The notes under the pieces: generated by a model
Databases searched by the model: none
Told to the model about the DNA's origin: nothing
What the model saw: only the letters and a program-made list of their open reading frames with translations
Program-made: the position numbers and the translations under genes
NCBI GenBank assembly: GCA_021399345.1
Contig: JAAFKI010000094.1
Coordinates: forward strand, 57,561-121,560
DNA from: Candidatus Heimdallarchaeota archaeon
GTDB taxonomy: Archaea > Asgardarchaeota > Heimdallarchaeia > Heimdallarchaeales > Heimdallarchaeaceae
Length of the DNA stretch: 64,000 bases
Direction of reading: 5' to 3'
Part shown: positions 18,855 through 29,524 of the stretch, in pieces
How the letters are laid out: every line of letters starts with the position of its first letter
Position numbering within the stretch: position 1 is the first letter of the stretch

Positions 18855-20654
18855 TTATCTTATATGTGGGTTTGGACAGTTAATGTAATCTTCATCTAGA
18901 ACTCGTTCTATAGACTCCATAAATGCACTGTCAACCAATTTACCCTTTAGGTTATAATATCTCCACCAAATACAGGTCCTCATTTTTTCTATTATTTTTT
19001 CTTCGATAAATTTCTCTTTTAATCCTCTATTTACCATTAATTCTTTATAATTATCTATTTCTTCCTCAGTTTCAAAGATATAGAAACTTGAAAGATCTGA
19101 ATTCAAAATCTTATTTTTCACCGAAAATAACCATTCTTCAAATCTTATTTTCTCATCTTCAGACATATCTTCTACATTTGGTGCCACGTATGTTACTCCA
19201 TACCCCCTAGCCTTTTCACCTTCTTCGTCTTTCATCACTTTATAATCTGTTCTATCTCTTAACCAATCAAAGTAATTAATTGACATCTTACCTGAGACAC
19301 CAATGCACATGTACTGGGTACTTCTCCACAAGGACCTTTGATAGAGATGATCATGTCCAAAAATTGCAGCACTAACACCATAATCATCAAACAAGGGTGT
19401 CAAACAGGATTGTGCAAGAGCATCAGAATTATTTCTAGCTCTTCCAAAGTAACCAATTGTGAAGATCGCTGAATGTAGGAAAACAATACAAAATTGAGGT
19501 CCTTGTTCTTCTATCGCTTTTCTTCTCCATTCTTTTAGCTCTTCATTCAACCAATTCCATTGTCTACTCTCACAAGCGATACTTTCATTTCCCCAATTCA
19601 AACCAATTGAATCCAGATGAATCATGTGAACATTACCTACATCTTGAGAGAAATAAGCTCCTCCTTTCGTTCTTGGAGTTTGAATGAACATGTGAAAGTG
19701 TTTCTGAGTTCTTGCTTTACCACCAAACCACGAAGCACGACCCCAACCGCCATTGAAATAATCATGATTGCCTATTGTAGGAGTAAAAGGTATTCTTGCG
19801 AAATTTACATTACCACATGTAAAAAGATCTGCCCAATATTCATGATATGAGCCATTATCAACATTATCACCACTAGTTGTGAAAACTTGATAGCCTTTGT
19901 CAAAAGTATAATCTAACTCTTTGACATGAATGTGCTTCATTAAACGTTCTAGTCTAGGATTTACCTTCGCTTTGAACCCCACAACTTTTCCTCTTTTGAA
20001 TCTTGCTTTTGATCCTCCATGCAAATCTGATGTAGAAACAAAAAAGACTGGTTGTTTACCTGATTGAACACCAGCTGTGAACTCCCTTATTTTAGATGCA
20101 CCTATTAATTCTTCATCTTTGTTGTAACATTCTATTCTATAATGATAATTCTTGTTTTCAGCTAGATTTTCAATCAAACCCAAAAATAGCTGAGGTGCTG
20201 ATGATACTGGATGGTAGGAGAAGGATGAAGAATGTTTCATAGGAATTTCTGCTAATTCACAGAAATCATCGTTAAATAATCGGATAACGCATCTACCTTT
20301 AGGATTACTAAGGAAAGGTTTCTTCTTGTTTACATCAACAACTTCCTTCACTCTATTAGTTTTAAGAAAACCATAATCAAGATATACTGAAACTAGAATC
20401 TTTGAAGCATCATTAGTGATTCTCATCATATAATACTTATCGATAATGAATTTTACAGGAGGAATACTTTCATCTTCTTTCTCAGTTGTTGTATAAGGTT
20501 TATATTTAACCTCATCAAAATCTTCAAGTTCTAAAGGATAGAAATTCTCTTCTTCTGCTAATCTTCTGCGAATAGTTTCACGAATTTTTATTCTATATTT
20601 TGTAGAAGGTATCCTGTCTTCAGGAGGTGAGATTTTTTGTTTTTCTATAGACAT
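18855..20654 (-). CDS. Calcineurin-like metallophosphoesterase (purple-acid-phosphatase-like architecture)
   Basis: SDLH, GDNVD, GNHD, FLH and GHDH motifs. Confidence 0.85.
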   Translation of the reverse strand: MSIEKQKISPPEDRIPSTKYRIKIRETIRRRLAEEENFYPLELEDFDEVKYKPYTTTEKEDESIPPVKFIIDKYYMMRITNDASKILVSVYLDYGFLKTNRVKEVVDVNKKKPFLSNPKGRCVIRLFNDDFCELAEIPMKHSSSFSYHPVSSAPQLFLGLIENLAENKNYHYRIECYNKDEELIGASKIREFTAGVQSGKQPVFFVSTSDLHGGSKARFKRGKVVGFKAKVNPRLERLMKHIHVKELDYTFDKGYQVFTTSGDNVDNGSYHEYWADLFTCGNVNFARIPFTPTIGNHDYFNGGWGRASWFGGKARTQKHFHMFIQTPRTKGGAYFSQDVGNVHMIHLDSIGLNWGNESIACESRQWNWLNEELKEWRRKAIEEQGPQFCIVFLHSAIFTIGYFGRARNNSDALAQSCLTPLFDDYGVSAAIFGHDHLYQRSLWRSTQYMCIGVSGKMSINYFDWLRDRTDYKVMKDEEGEKARGYGVTYVAPNVEDMSEDEKIRFEEWLFSVKNKILNSDLSSFYIFETEEEIDNYKELMVNRGLKEKFIEEKIIEKMRTCIWWRYYNLKGKLVDSAFMESIERVLDEDYINCPNPHIR

Positions 20655-20704
20655 CTTAATTACGAATTCTAATTCAGTCTTTAAAATTTTACTACAAAGG
20701 TACG

Positions 20705-21316
20705 TTATTTCTTAGCAAAATGACATATATCATTAACTAAATCGATTGAAAACTTTTCTTTTCCTTCTGATTCAATGTAATCAATGATATTAATACTGCA
20801 ATTGTATTGTTTGATAGTATCAAATACTAACTTTGATGCATCTAGAATTTTAGCTATTATTGAACGAATACACCCTCCATGTGTGACGATCAGAACATAG
20901 TCTTTTTCTTTATTTTCACGAGCTATGTTTCTAAACTCTTCCCATACTCTGTTCATGAAATCTTCTGCCTGTTCCCCATTGTGTTTAGTCATCAAGTCAT
21001 CAAATTCTTTAAGGGAATCCATCTCATCCAGCAGTTCAGAAATACCCACTCCATCAAGATCTCCAAGAGTATGCTCTCGGAGTTTATCGGTATAATTAAC
21101 AGGAAGATTCAATTCCGAACTGATAATTACAGCTGTTTCAGCAGCTCTAACTAAATCTGAGCTGTAGATTACTTGTATTCCTTTTCCCTTCAATTCTTCA
21201 GCTAAAATCTTTGCTTGATTTTTACCAGTTTCATTTAGAGGAGTAGGTAAATGACCCATAATTATACGATTCTTATTGTGATCAGTCTCTCCATGTCTAA
21301 CAAGGAATATTCTCAT
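20705..21316 (-). CDS. Histidine phosphatase (phosphoglycerate mutase family)
   Basis: VRHGET, SSDLVRA, LRE and THGG. Confidence 0.92.
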   Translation of the reverse strand: MRIFLVRHGETDHNKNRIIMGHLPTPLNETGKNQAKILAEELKGKGIQVIYSSDLVRAAETAVIISSELNLPVNYTDKLREHTLGDLDGVGISELLDEMDSLKEFDDLMTKHNGEQAEDFMNRVWEEFRNIARENKEKDYVLIVTHGGCIRSIIAKILDASKLVFDTIKQYNCSINIIDYIESEGKEKFSIDLVNDICHFAKK

Positions 21317-21362
21317 GAAGGAAAAAAATGAAGTCTATTAAAAAAGGTTAGGGAAGGGAGTT

Positions 21363-22373
21363 TTATCTTACAACTCTAGTCAGTTTGGCTCCACATCTAG
21401 TACATGAGTAAACTCCCTTCGGAATATCTGCTCCGCAAGTAGGACATGTTTTGATTTTGCTTTCTGTGCTCGCATCAAGTTTCCTAAGAGGTTTTAAAAG
21501 CAATCCATCTTCAGTCATTGTCCAAGTATACAGTAAAGACCCTCTAAGTTCTGAAATAGCTTTTTCAGGTAATGTTATTCTGTTTTGATTGTCTATAACC
21601 AGAAATCTAGAGCTATCCAAATCAGTCAAATCAATGTCCTGTAGATGCTCTCCAATAAGAATGCCATCTCTAATTTCTAAGGTTCTATCTGAGAAATCCC
21701 CAACTATAGGATCATGACTGCAGATTAAATAGGAAGTACCCATATCCTCTTTCAATTCCTTGAAAAGCTCAAGAATTTGAGTTGAGGTTTCAGTATCAAC
21801 GTTTCCCGTTGGCTCATCAGCAAAAATCAGCCTAGGATTATTTGCCAACGCTCTAGCTATTGAGACTCTTTGCTGTTCACCGCCTGAGATTCTTTTTGGA
21901 GTGTGGGTTCTTCTATGCCAAATACCTAAAATTTCCATCAGTTCTTTTACTCTTTGTTTTCTTCTTGAACGATTGAGATTGACTAACCTCATTGGCATCT
22001 CTATATTCTTTTCTGCGCTCAAATATGGAATTAGATTTTGTTCTTGGAAAACATATCCTATATTGTGTCTTCTATATTCGAATTGTTTCTCTTCAGCTAG
22101 TTTAGTTATATCTGTGCCATCAGAATAAAAAATCTGACCAGCAGAAGGTTTGAGCATTCCACCTAGAGATAATAATAAGGTGCTTTTTCCTGATCCCGAA
22201 GGGCCAATTATCCCCAAAATTTCACTTTTCTTGATGTCAAAACTTACACCTTTTAGAGCAACAACCTTGTTCTGATGTTCCAGACCGTATACATGATAGA
22301 TATCAATGGCCTGTAAGGCTAAATCTTCAGGAAGTGGTTCCATTTGGAATGTTTTTGTTTTATCACTGTACAT
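21363..22373 (-). CDS. ABC ATPase (LolD/MacB-type) with C-terminal AbrB-like domain and zinc ribbon
   Basis: GPSGSGKST, ISGGEQQR and DEPTGN; tail IDNQNRITLP...GLLLKPL and CPTC...CTRC. Confidence 0.88.
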   Translation of the reverse strand: MYSDKTKTFQMEPLPEDLALQAIDIYHVYGLEHQNKVVALKGVSFDIKKSEILGIIGPSGSGKSTLLLSLGGMLKPSAGQIFYSDGTDITKLAEEKQFEYRRHNIGYVFQEQNLIPYLSAEKNIEMPMRLVNLNRSRRKQRVKELMEILGIWHRRTHTPKRISGGEQQRVSIARALANNPRLIFADEPTGNVDTETSTQILELFKELKEDMGTSYLICSHDPIVGDFSDRTLEIRDGILIGEHLQDIDLTDLDSSRFLVIDNQNRITLPEKAISELRGSLLYTWTMTEDGLLLKPLRKLDASTESKIKTCPTCGADIPKGVYSCTRCGAKLTRVVR

Positions 22374-22382
22374 AAAATCACC

Positions 22383-25184
22383 TCAAAATGCTCTCATTTC
22401 CTCCACAACTTTTGTTTTTGAAGCTATAATAGCAGGAATTAATGTTGCAAGTATTATGATCACAAAAGAACCAATTATTGTAGCTATTAGAATTCCAGGT
22501 GGGAATATCAGTAGTCTGTTAAATGAAGAAGAACTAAAGACATCAAAAAATCCATTGAACTGGTACCCTAAAATGAAACCAATAAAAGTACCAAACAGAG
22601 TAGCAAATAGTGCCATAGATATTACTTCACTTAGGACCAATTTGATTAATTGACCCCGCGAAGCCCCTTCTGATATCAGTACAGCAAATTCTTTCTTCCG
22701 TTGATTAACAATCATAAACATGAAAATTGAAACACCGATTACAATGGCAATGAGTGAGATAAGATAGTTTATTGTTAATAATCCAGGAAATCCAAAACGT
22801 AATCCTTCTCGTTGTCTAATTTCTGCTAATTCTTCTTCAAAGGATTGAGAGTAAACAATCCAATCAAATTGTGAATCAAACTCAAAAGCAAGATTTTCTT
22901 CAACTGGATCAACTTCAGGTTTCAAATTGATTATTGCTCTAGTAATTTCATATGTATAAGGAGCATAGGTGAAAATAAACTGCTTATCGACTAGTAGGGT
23001 AAAAACGAAATCAAATTCAATGAAATCAAAAATTTCACCTAAAGATCCTAATCCTAAGTCCATTATCTCTCCAGGAGCATGATCTACAATTATTGTTGCT
23101 TCTGCTGTATACTTAGTCTGATTGAAAATTGTAAATTCAAAAGTAGGATCATTTTGTATATCTAATGTTCTTGCTGTCTCTACTCCAACACCTACATTTC
23201 TAAGAGGATTATTTTGAAGAGTCTGCAGACCTTCCTTCCATTCAGGATAATCTTCTATTGAGTCTTTGTGCCATATTGCATTATTTCCATATTCCGTCAA
23301 ATCTACTCCATAGCATACAACTGGCGTTGACCCAACATAGAAAAATGAATAATAAATAGGAATTATAGTTTCTATTTTATCCTCAAAACCAACAAAATCA
23401 GTAGGTGACAAAGTTTGGTATCCACCTAAGATATCTACTCTCATATCACCTCCAATAGTAAATTCAGCTCTACGAATCAATTCAGCTGAACCAGTTTCAC
23501 CTTGAATAACTGCAAACACCCCTAATGAAACAGATAAACAGAGTAAAACAGTCATTCTTGGAAAGTTTTGATGTCTGCGAGATAAACTTCCTTTAAGTAA
23601 GACTCCGATGTCTTTGAAGATCTTAACAAGAACCTTATCTAATTTTTCAGGTACCTTGGTTGATAATCTACTAACTATAGAAGCTCCTCCATACCAAAGC
23701 AATATTGGAGCGAATATTTGAAGTAAAATAACAGCAAAACCAAAAGAAACATTTGGTCTTGTATTTTCAATAAATGTTAGGAGAACACCAATTAATCCTA
23801 CCATGAAGAACAAAACATCACCATATACTGCTTTAAACCACTTTTTCTTTTCTTTTTCAACAGTTTTAGCGATAGCTACTTCTTGTTGAATGAAGTTATT
23901 TGTTTTCTTTCTGGTTGTGAAAAAGAGAATTCCTAAAGTTACAATAAGGGTTGTTAAAATAGTCCAAGGTTTAATGTTCAAAGATGAGTAAGCATTAGTA
24001 ATAGTTGGAAAATCTATGCCCATAAACTGATAAGTAGACAGTACCATTGCTGCACCGAATGTACCAAGAGAAATCCCTATAGCTTCCCCTAATAATGCAA
24101 TTAAGATAACCTCAGTATATATCATACTCCGTATCTGTTTTGGACTAGCTCCCTGAGCCTTTAGAACAGAAATTTCAAATTTTCTCTCTCTTAAAGCTAA
24201 ATCTGCTCCTAAACTGATAAGAATAATTGATAAAACAATAGCAGGAATATACAAAACAGTATCAATTAACTGCATTGTGATAATCAACCCTTGGTATGCG
24301 AACAACGTGCCAGAGATTAAGTTTCTACCATCCAGATTGTGAATTTGTTCCTTCCTGTTCAAAACTATGTTAATATACTCATTTAAATCAAGAAGATTGT
24401 TTAGAGGGAATTGAGTTAGATCTAATTTTGTAGGAAGCTGCCATAATTTGTTAACGGTTAAATTTCCAATAATACTGGAATTAAAATTATCACTGCTAAC
24501 AATTAAGAAATCATCATCTAGTAGAAGACCAGGTTGGAAGAATCCTCTTACTGTCAGATTTAACGTTGTTGAAATTATAATGACTTCATTAGCATCAACA
24601 GTTTTATTCAACCCAAAAATAAAAGCTAGAGTATCGTTTAATTGTACACCTAACTTCTTGTATGTACCAATAGGTAGTAGGATACTATTACTCTGAAGAT
24701 TGTTTTCACCAGCAACAACATTAATCTTTTCAACTATTGAATGATTAAGTGAGGATGAATCAACAATCAATGGTTCAAAGGAAGGTTGTTCTACATTAAA
24801 GCCAGCATATTCAGAAAAATTAAAATCGGGAGTGAAATAAGAATGATATCGATTATCTCTGTTTGTTATATCATAGTGAAAACGTCTCCCATAGGTAACA
24901 ATACAATCCTCAAATTCTATTTCTTGAGAGAGTAAATCTGCTAATTCTGGGAGAGTGCCAACCAAATTCGTTTCTATTAGAGGTCTGAAAGTTACTTCAG
25001 CTTCAACATTTTCTATCATATCTTGAACAGTAATTGTGTTAATTATTGAACCATAGAAGAATATGCTTGAAAAAATAGCAGCTCCTAGAATCATACCAGC
25101 ACCTATCGAGATACTTCTTCTTCGGTTTGAGTACATGGATTTAAAAGAAAGTCCAATGAATGAGAAGAATTTTGGACGCTTCAT
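22383..25184 (-). CDS. FtsX/MacB-like ABC permease (two FtsX domains)
   Basis: ERKFEISVLKAQGAS and QRKKEFAVLISEGAS repeats with large extracellular loops. Confidence 0.88.
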   Translation of the reverse strand: MKRPKFFSFIGLSFKSMYSNRRRSISIGAGMILGAAIFSSIFFYGSIINTITVQDMIENVEAEVTFRPLIETNLVGTLPELADLLSQEIEFEDCIVTYGRRFHYDITNRDNRYHSYFTPDFNFSEYAGFNVEQPSFEPLIVDSSSLNHSIVEKINVVAGENNLQSNSILLPIGTYKKLGVQLNDTLAFIFGLNKTVDANEVIIISTTLNLTVRGFFQPGLLLDDDFLIVSSDNFNSSIIGNLTVNKLWQLPTKLDLTQFPLNNLLDLNEYINIVLNRKEQIHNLDGRNLISGTLFAYQGLIITMQLIDTVLYIPAIVLSIILISLGADLALRERKFEISVLKAQGASPKQIRSMIYTEVILIALLGEAIGISLGTFGAAMVLSTYQFMGIDFPTITNAYSSLNIKPWTILTTLIVTLGILFFTTRKKTNNFIQQEVAIAKTVEKEKKKWFKAVYGDVLFFMVGLIGVLLTFIENTRPNVSFGFAVILLQIFAPILLWYGGASIVSRLSTKVPEKLDKVLVKIFKDIGVLLKGSLSRRHQNFPRMTVLLCLSVSLGVFAVIQGETGSAELIRRAEFTIGGDMRVDILGGYQTLSPTDFVGFEDKIETIIPIYYSFFYVGSTPVVCYGVDLTEYGNNAIWHKDSIEDYPEWKEGLQTLQNNPLRNVGVGVETARTLDIQNDPTFEFTIFNQTKYTAEATIIVDHAPGEIMDLGLGSLGEIFDFIEFDFVFTLLVDKQFIFTYAPYTYEITRAIINLKPEVDPVEENLAFEFDSQFDWIVYSQSFEEELAEIRQREGLRFGFPGLLTINYLISLIAIVIGVSIFMFMIVNQRKKEFAVLISEGASRGQLIKLVLSEVISMALFATLFGTFIGFILGYQFNGFFDVFSSSSFNRLLIFPPGILIATIIGSFVIIILATLIPAIIASKTKVVEEMRAF

Positions 25185-25924
25185 TTGATTCCCTCCTTTT
25201 TGTGCGTCTTCTTAGCAACTTTCTTTGTTTGTTCTTGAATTAAGTTACCTTTCTGCAAAATCAAAATTTTATCAGCTTCTTTTGCATTTTCAGAATCATG
25301 AGTAACCATAATCACAGTAATCTTCTTCTCTTGAGCAAGCTGTTTGAAAAGAAAAATAATTTCTTTACCTATATGAGTGTCCAGATTTCCAGTAGGTTCA
25401 TCAGCATAGATGATGGCTGGATTGTGAGCTAAAGCTCTGGCAATTGCAACTCTTTGTTGCTCTCCCCCGGACAATTCTTCAGGTAGATGATCCATCCGTA
25501 CATATAATCCAACGGATTCTAGATAATCTATTGCTTTCTGTTCAGCTTCCATTTCTGGAACTTTACGTAATTTCATAGGCAGTTTAACGTTTTCTTTAGC
25601 TGTAAGATAAGGAATTAAAGCAAAATTCTGAAATACAACAGAAGTCTTGGTTCTTCTAATTTCTAGATTCTCTTTGTAGGAAGTTTCACTTAGGTTTATT
25701 CCAGCAACCAATACTTCTCCAGAAGTAATGCTTTCAAGCGTTGAAAGTATATTTAAGAGAGTAGATTTACCAGATCCGCTTGGACCCATGATCGCAATGA
25801 ATTCTCCTCTTTTTATCTTAAGATCAACTCCTGTAAGAACATGGACTACTTCTCCACCTGGAAGATTGAAATTTTTTATCAGCTCTTTAGTGTTTATTGA
25901 GACTGAACTTGCTTTTTTTGACAT
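25181..25924 (-). CDS. ABC ATPase (LolD/MacB-type)
   Basis: GPSGSGKST, LSGGEQQR, DEPTGNLD and VTHD. Confidence 0.92.
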   Translation of the reverse strand: MSKKASSVSINTKELIKNFNLPGGEVVHVLTGVDLKIKRGEFIAIMGPSGSGKSTLLNILSTLESITSGEVLVAGINLSETSYKENLEIRRTKTSVVFQNFALIPYLTAKENVKLPMKLRKVPEMEAEQKAIDYLESVGLYVRMDHLPEELSGGEQQRVAIARALAHNPAIIYADEPTGNLDTHIGKEIIFLFKQLAQEKKITVIMVTHDSENAKEADKILILQKGNLIQEQTKKVAKKTHKKEGIK

Positions 25925-25997
25925 TACAAGTAGGTTAAAAGCTTCATCTAATTAAAGCTAACTGAAAGAAGAAATAGAGAAAAAAGGAGTGAACAGA

Positions 25998-27746
25998 CTA
26001 ATCATCAACTACTCCTGAATTTTTCATATCATTCAGTATAAGTTCAATCATCTCTTTTTGGTTTGTTTCTACATTAGATGTTTCAATTTCAATACTTAAT
26101 AACAGGGAACTTGTTTCATTATAGGTTATACTTAAATGGTCAACATCCAAGTCTTTCAAATCCGGATCATTACTAATATCCCAGACAAAGGTTGTAATTG
26201 TATTATCTTTATCATATTCAACATACTTTGTTAGAATCTCTTTCTCGGACATATAATTGTCTAGGTTCTCTACATTGATGCTGCGATTCAAGGACATTGT
26301 TATAACAAAATCTTTCAAGGCTTTTAGCTCCATTCTACTCTTACTCCAACGCAGATAAACAACAATAGCAATCCAGCAAACAATACTGATAATGAACATA
26401 ATCAGAGTACCGTATTTGTTCATTACACCTCCAAAGATGGTATCAGTCGCCCCATATTCACCAACAGCAAAAGCGAAAACCTCTAGAATGATACTTCCTG
26501 CAAGAATAAGTTCAATCATATCTATAGCTTCACCAGTTCTAGTATTAGCTTGTAGAACTTGATTCATACTTTTAGTGTTTCTGGTCATTGTTTTGGACAT
26601 ATTCCTCATCTGAAGTTCAGAGAGAGTAGCTATGTAATTTCTGATTCCGTCTAGTTCTGTTAATAGACCATTAATTATCTTGTTTGCGTCTTTTACTCTA
26701 TCCCTTGAAGTTTCGAGACCTTTATCAGCTTCATAGAAATCAATCAGATTAGAGATATTGTTTTCTTTATAAATTTTCAGTAAATCAAAAGTTGAATCTT
26801 TTAGAAATTCTTGAATTTGACTGACCAAACTTATTGTACTTGAAAGAAGTGTTATTTGTTCTTGAACACTATTAAGTGCATCAGTATTACCCTTTGCAGC
26901 TTCTTCTACAAGGAGTTTAATGTTATCAGATTGATCATAAAGTTCCCAAATTCTAGACATGAAACAATCCACGAAATTACTAATTGCATGTTGAATACCC
27001 CAGAATGTTAGTTGATATTCACTTTCTTCAGTAAAATCATCGAAGATAGCAAGAGTCCCTCGAGAACCTTTGAAGAACAGATTAGAACCAACTTGATGAG
27101 GCTTATGTCCTTCACCTAAAAGTTGGTTAATTTCTATTTCGCAGTCTTCACCATCATAATATTCAGCAATATTGTTATGCTTAATATTTATTTCCTCACC
27201 TATATAACAGATAGTTTTTGGTCTGTGCATAGGATTCCCAAAGATGATTTTAATAAAATTTCTTTGAAATTCTGTTAATAGACTGTCAATTACCATAGAA
27301 CTGTCTTGAGATAAATCTGCTACCACTCTAGAAAGTTTGTCTAAAGACATGAAACTGTTTTGTCCTTCAATCTCATCAAGATCTAGGGAATAAACAATGA
27401 AACCAGATTTTGAAATAAATATGGCCATTTCTTCGATTTGAACAACACCTTCCTCTTCTGGTAAATCTATAACTGCCTCAAGATTAACGAAACTATCTAG
27501 GATATAATCATTTACAAGTACCTTTGTGTGTTTTCCAGTTGACGTGAAAATTGGAACATCAGGTGACCTATCGATTATCCCAGTCAATAATGTTTTATGA
27601 GCTCCTTTTTCGATATCAAGTTTCTTATTTAACTCTCTTAGCTGATTGGAGTCAAAAGGAAGCCACTCAATAACAAAAACCTTTGGGTTTTTTATACAAA
27701 GAACTTCTGACAATTCATCTTTAATATTATGCGAACTTCGTGCCAT
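25998..27746 (-). CDS. Uncharacterised membrane protein, CorA-like architecture (alpha/beta domain, long helices, 2 TM, C-terminal soluble domain)
   Basis: Long coiled-coil-like helices precede two hydrophobic segments; no GMN motif. Confidence 0.7.
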   Translation of the reverse strand: MARSSHNIKDELSEVLCIKNPKVFVIEWLPFDSNQLRELNKKLDIEKGAHKTLLTGIIDRSPDVPIFTSTGKHTKVLVNDYILDSFVNLEAVIDLPEEEGVVQIEEMAIFISKSGFIVYSLDLDEIEGQNSFMSLDKLSRVVADLSQDSSMVIDSLLTEFQRNFIKIIFGNPMHRPKTICYIGEEINIKHNNIAEYYDGEDCEIEINQLLGEGHKPHQVGSNLFFKGSRGTLAIFDDFTEESEYQLTFWGIQHAISNFVDCFMSRIWELYDQSDNIKLLVEEAAKGNTDALNSVQEQITLLSSTISLVSQIQEFLKDSTFDLLKIYKENNISNLIDFYEADKGLETSRDRVKDANKIINGLLTELDGIRNYIATLSELQMRNMSKTMTRNTKSMNQVLQANTRTGEAIDMIELILAGSIILEVFAFAVGEYGATDTIFGGVMNKYGTLIMFIISIVCWIAIVVYLRWSKSRMELKALKDFVITMSLNRSINVENLDNYMSEKEILTKYVEYDKDNTITTFVWDISNDPDLKDLDVDHLSITYNETSSLLLSIEIETSNVETNQKEMIELILNDMKNSGVVDD

Positions 27747-27747
27747 T

Positions 27748-28377
27748 TTATCGCCTCACAAGTTTATTTGAAATTCTTAGAAAATATGGTTTGGAGATGT
27801 AACTTACATCCTCGCTTTCTAAGAAATCTAGCTGAAAATCAGAAACGTCACAATCAGGACAATCAATCTTGATATCAGGATGATCACTCATATTCATATG
27901 GAAGTCTAAATGAGTTTTGCAATGCTCACAGTAGAATAGATTATGCACTTCTTCTTGTACATCTTGAGGAATCAGTTTTAAAAAATTAAGACCAATATCT
28001 GTTATTCGATAAGCTGTAACAAAACCATGTTGAGACGTACTTAAACGTATTTTATCTAAAATATCTAGTTCTCTCAAATCCTCTATATCATCTACACCTT
28101 CATAGGACAAGTTAACTGTGAAGCTACTTCTACCGAAAAATTGGATGGAAGTTGGAGCATAGTCATATGTTTCATACGTTCCTTTTACAATTTGATAATA
28201 CATTACAGCCCATAAAGGTAGTTCCTTTACCCAAACCTTCTCACTATCTGTTTCCAGATAATGATCTCCACCCCTTACCCATTTTGTTAGATAATCGATT
28301 GTATAAAGTAATAACTGTTGATCTCTTGTTAAGTTATTAATATCTATCCTATCCCCTTTTGATGGTTCTAAAGTCAT
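27748..28377 (-). CDS. Uncharacterised winged-helix-like protein with zinc finger
   Basis: LTRDQQLLLY, AYRITDIGLNFL (wHTH wing) and CEHC...CPDC; 1 nt upstream of the next gene. Confidence 0.7.
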   Translation of the reverse strand: MTLEPSKGDRIDINNLTRDQQLLLYTIDYLTKWVRGGDHYLETDSEKVWVKELPLWAVMYYQIVKGTYETYDYAPTSIQFFGRSSFTVNLSYEGVDDIEDLRELDILDKIRLSTSQHGFVTAYRITDIGLNFLKLIPQDVQEEVHNLFYCEHCKTHLDFHMNMSDHPDIKIDCPDCDVSDFQLDFLESEDVSYISKPYFLRISNKLVRR

Positions 28378-28470
28378 ACTTTAGATGGGAATCCTAAAGA
28401 TATTTTAATGTTTCTCAAAAAATTAAGATTCAATTAAAAAATATATTTACTTAACTTTGTACTAACTCCA

Positions 28471-29477
28471 CTATATCTTTTTAAGTACTTTCCACAGACG
28501 AATCTTTTTAATTTGATTTCTTGCCCCTGGTCCCAATTCTACGAAACAATAGCCCACGCATTCATTTTTGGGATTTATTATTTCTGCCATTATTTCGAAA
28601 TATGCTATATTGTATTGTCCCTCCATAATCGGGTGGATCTCGTACTGCTCTTCCTTGATACCTGGTAAAACTAAGTCCCACCCCTTAGAAAATGTAAAAT
28701 TATCTACCTCAATAAACTCCTTGGGTGTATAAGTACAATCCCGAATGAGTTGGCTATTACCCACTTTGTTGATATAGGTTCCATCATAATAGGAATTCTG
28801 GGGAAAGGCAAAAAGCATGATTTCCTCTTCATCAAAAAATCTAAGAGAGAACCATTCTCAATGAGACGCTGGATCAAATAATCTAAAGGGACCCCATTGT
28901 CTATCAAACCAAGATTTTCCGGTGACATTCATAATAGTCTTTTCTTTCGAATTATTAAGCAAAATCATCTTTCCAGTTGTAGGCATGTTTGGATAGGAGT
29001 AATAAACTGTCCGTTGTTGAGGATCATTTGGTAATCCCATGGCTAATACTCCATCATCTGCATGCCAGAAAGCCCCTTTACCTTTATTTAGATCAAGTTG
29101 GAGTTCAAAATCATCATTTTTTATAGAGAGATTTAATTTGTCTTTCTCTCGTTTTAAAGAGGCGAATGGTGAGAATACTACGCTATCCTGATTGCCATAA
29201 ACATTTTTCCTCTTCAGTATACTTAACCTTTGTTTGAAGAGATGTTTTCGTTTTTGGAAATCAGTAAAAGCCATATGAAGTATATAGAAATTAATTCTAA
29301 AAATCCTTAAATTAAAAATTGTAAACTGGTAAGAATAGAAATTTTCTATGTTTTCCTGATCTGTAAGATACCCGGTTATATACCACCAACCAGATACTTT
29401 CTTAGCGGTAGCCACTCTGCATCAAAATCACCATGATTTGCTTCTCTATAAGAAATTCTGAAACTTTTCTTTTTCAT
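28471..29477 (-). pseudogene. Disrupted AttH/CrtC-like (lipocalin-like) gene
   Basis: ATG at 29477 reads MKKKSF...EWLP, then a 1-nt frameshift near 29405 into KKVSGWWYITG...SWFDRQWG...SH. An in-frame TGA at 28858-28860 sits where W is expected (SH*EWFSLRF), and the frame continues into ORF 28471..28818. Confidence 0.85.
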
Positions 29478-29524
29478 AACAAATCATACCGCTGATAGTT
29501 AATAAGAAGAATTTGCGAAGAAAA

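Noticed and set aside
25998-27746. Calling this gene corA
   Set aside because: The GMN signature is absent and there is an extra C-terminal domain; only the architecture is CorA-like
28858-28860. UGA-to-Trp or Sec recoding
   Set aside because: TGA is a normal stop for many genes here and the same gene also has a frameshift; a nonsense mutation is simpler
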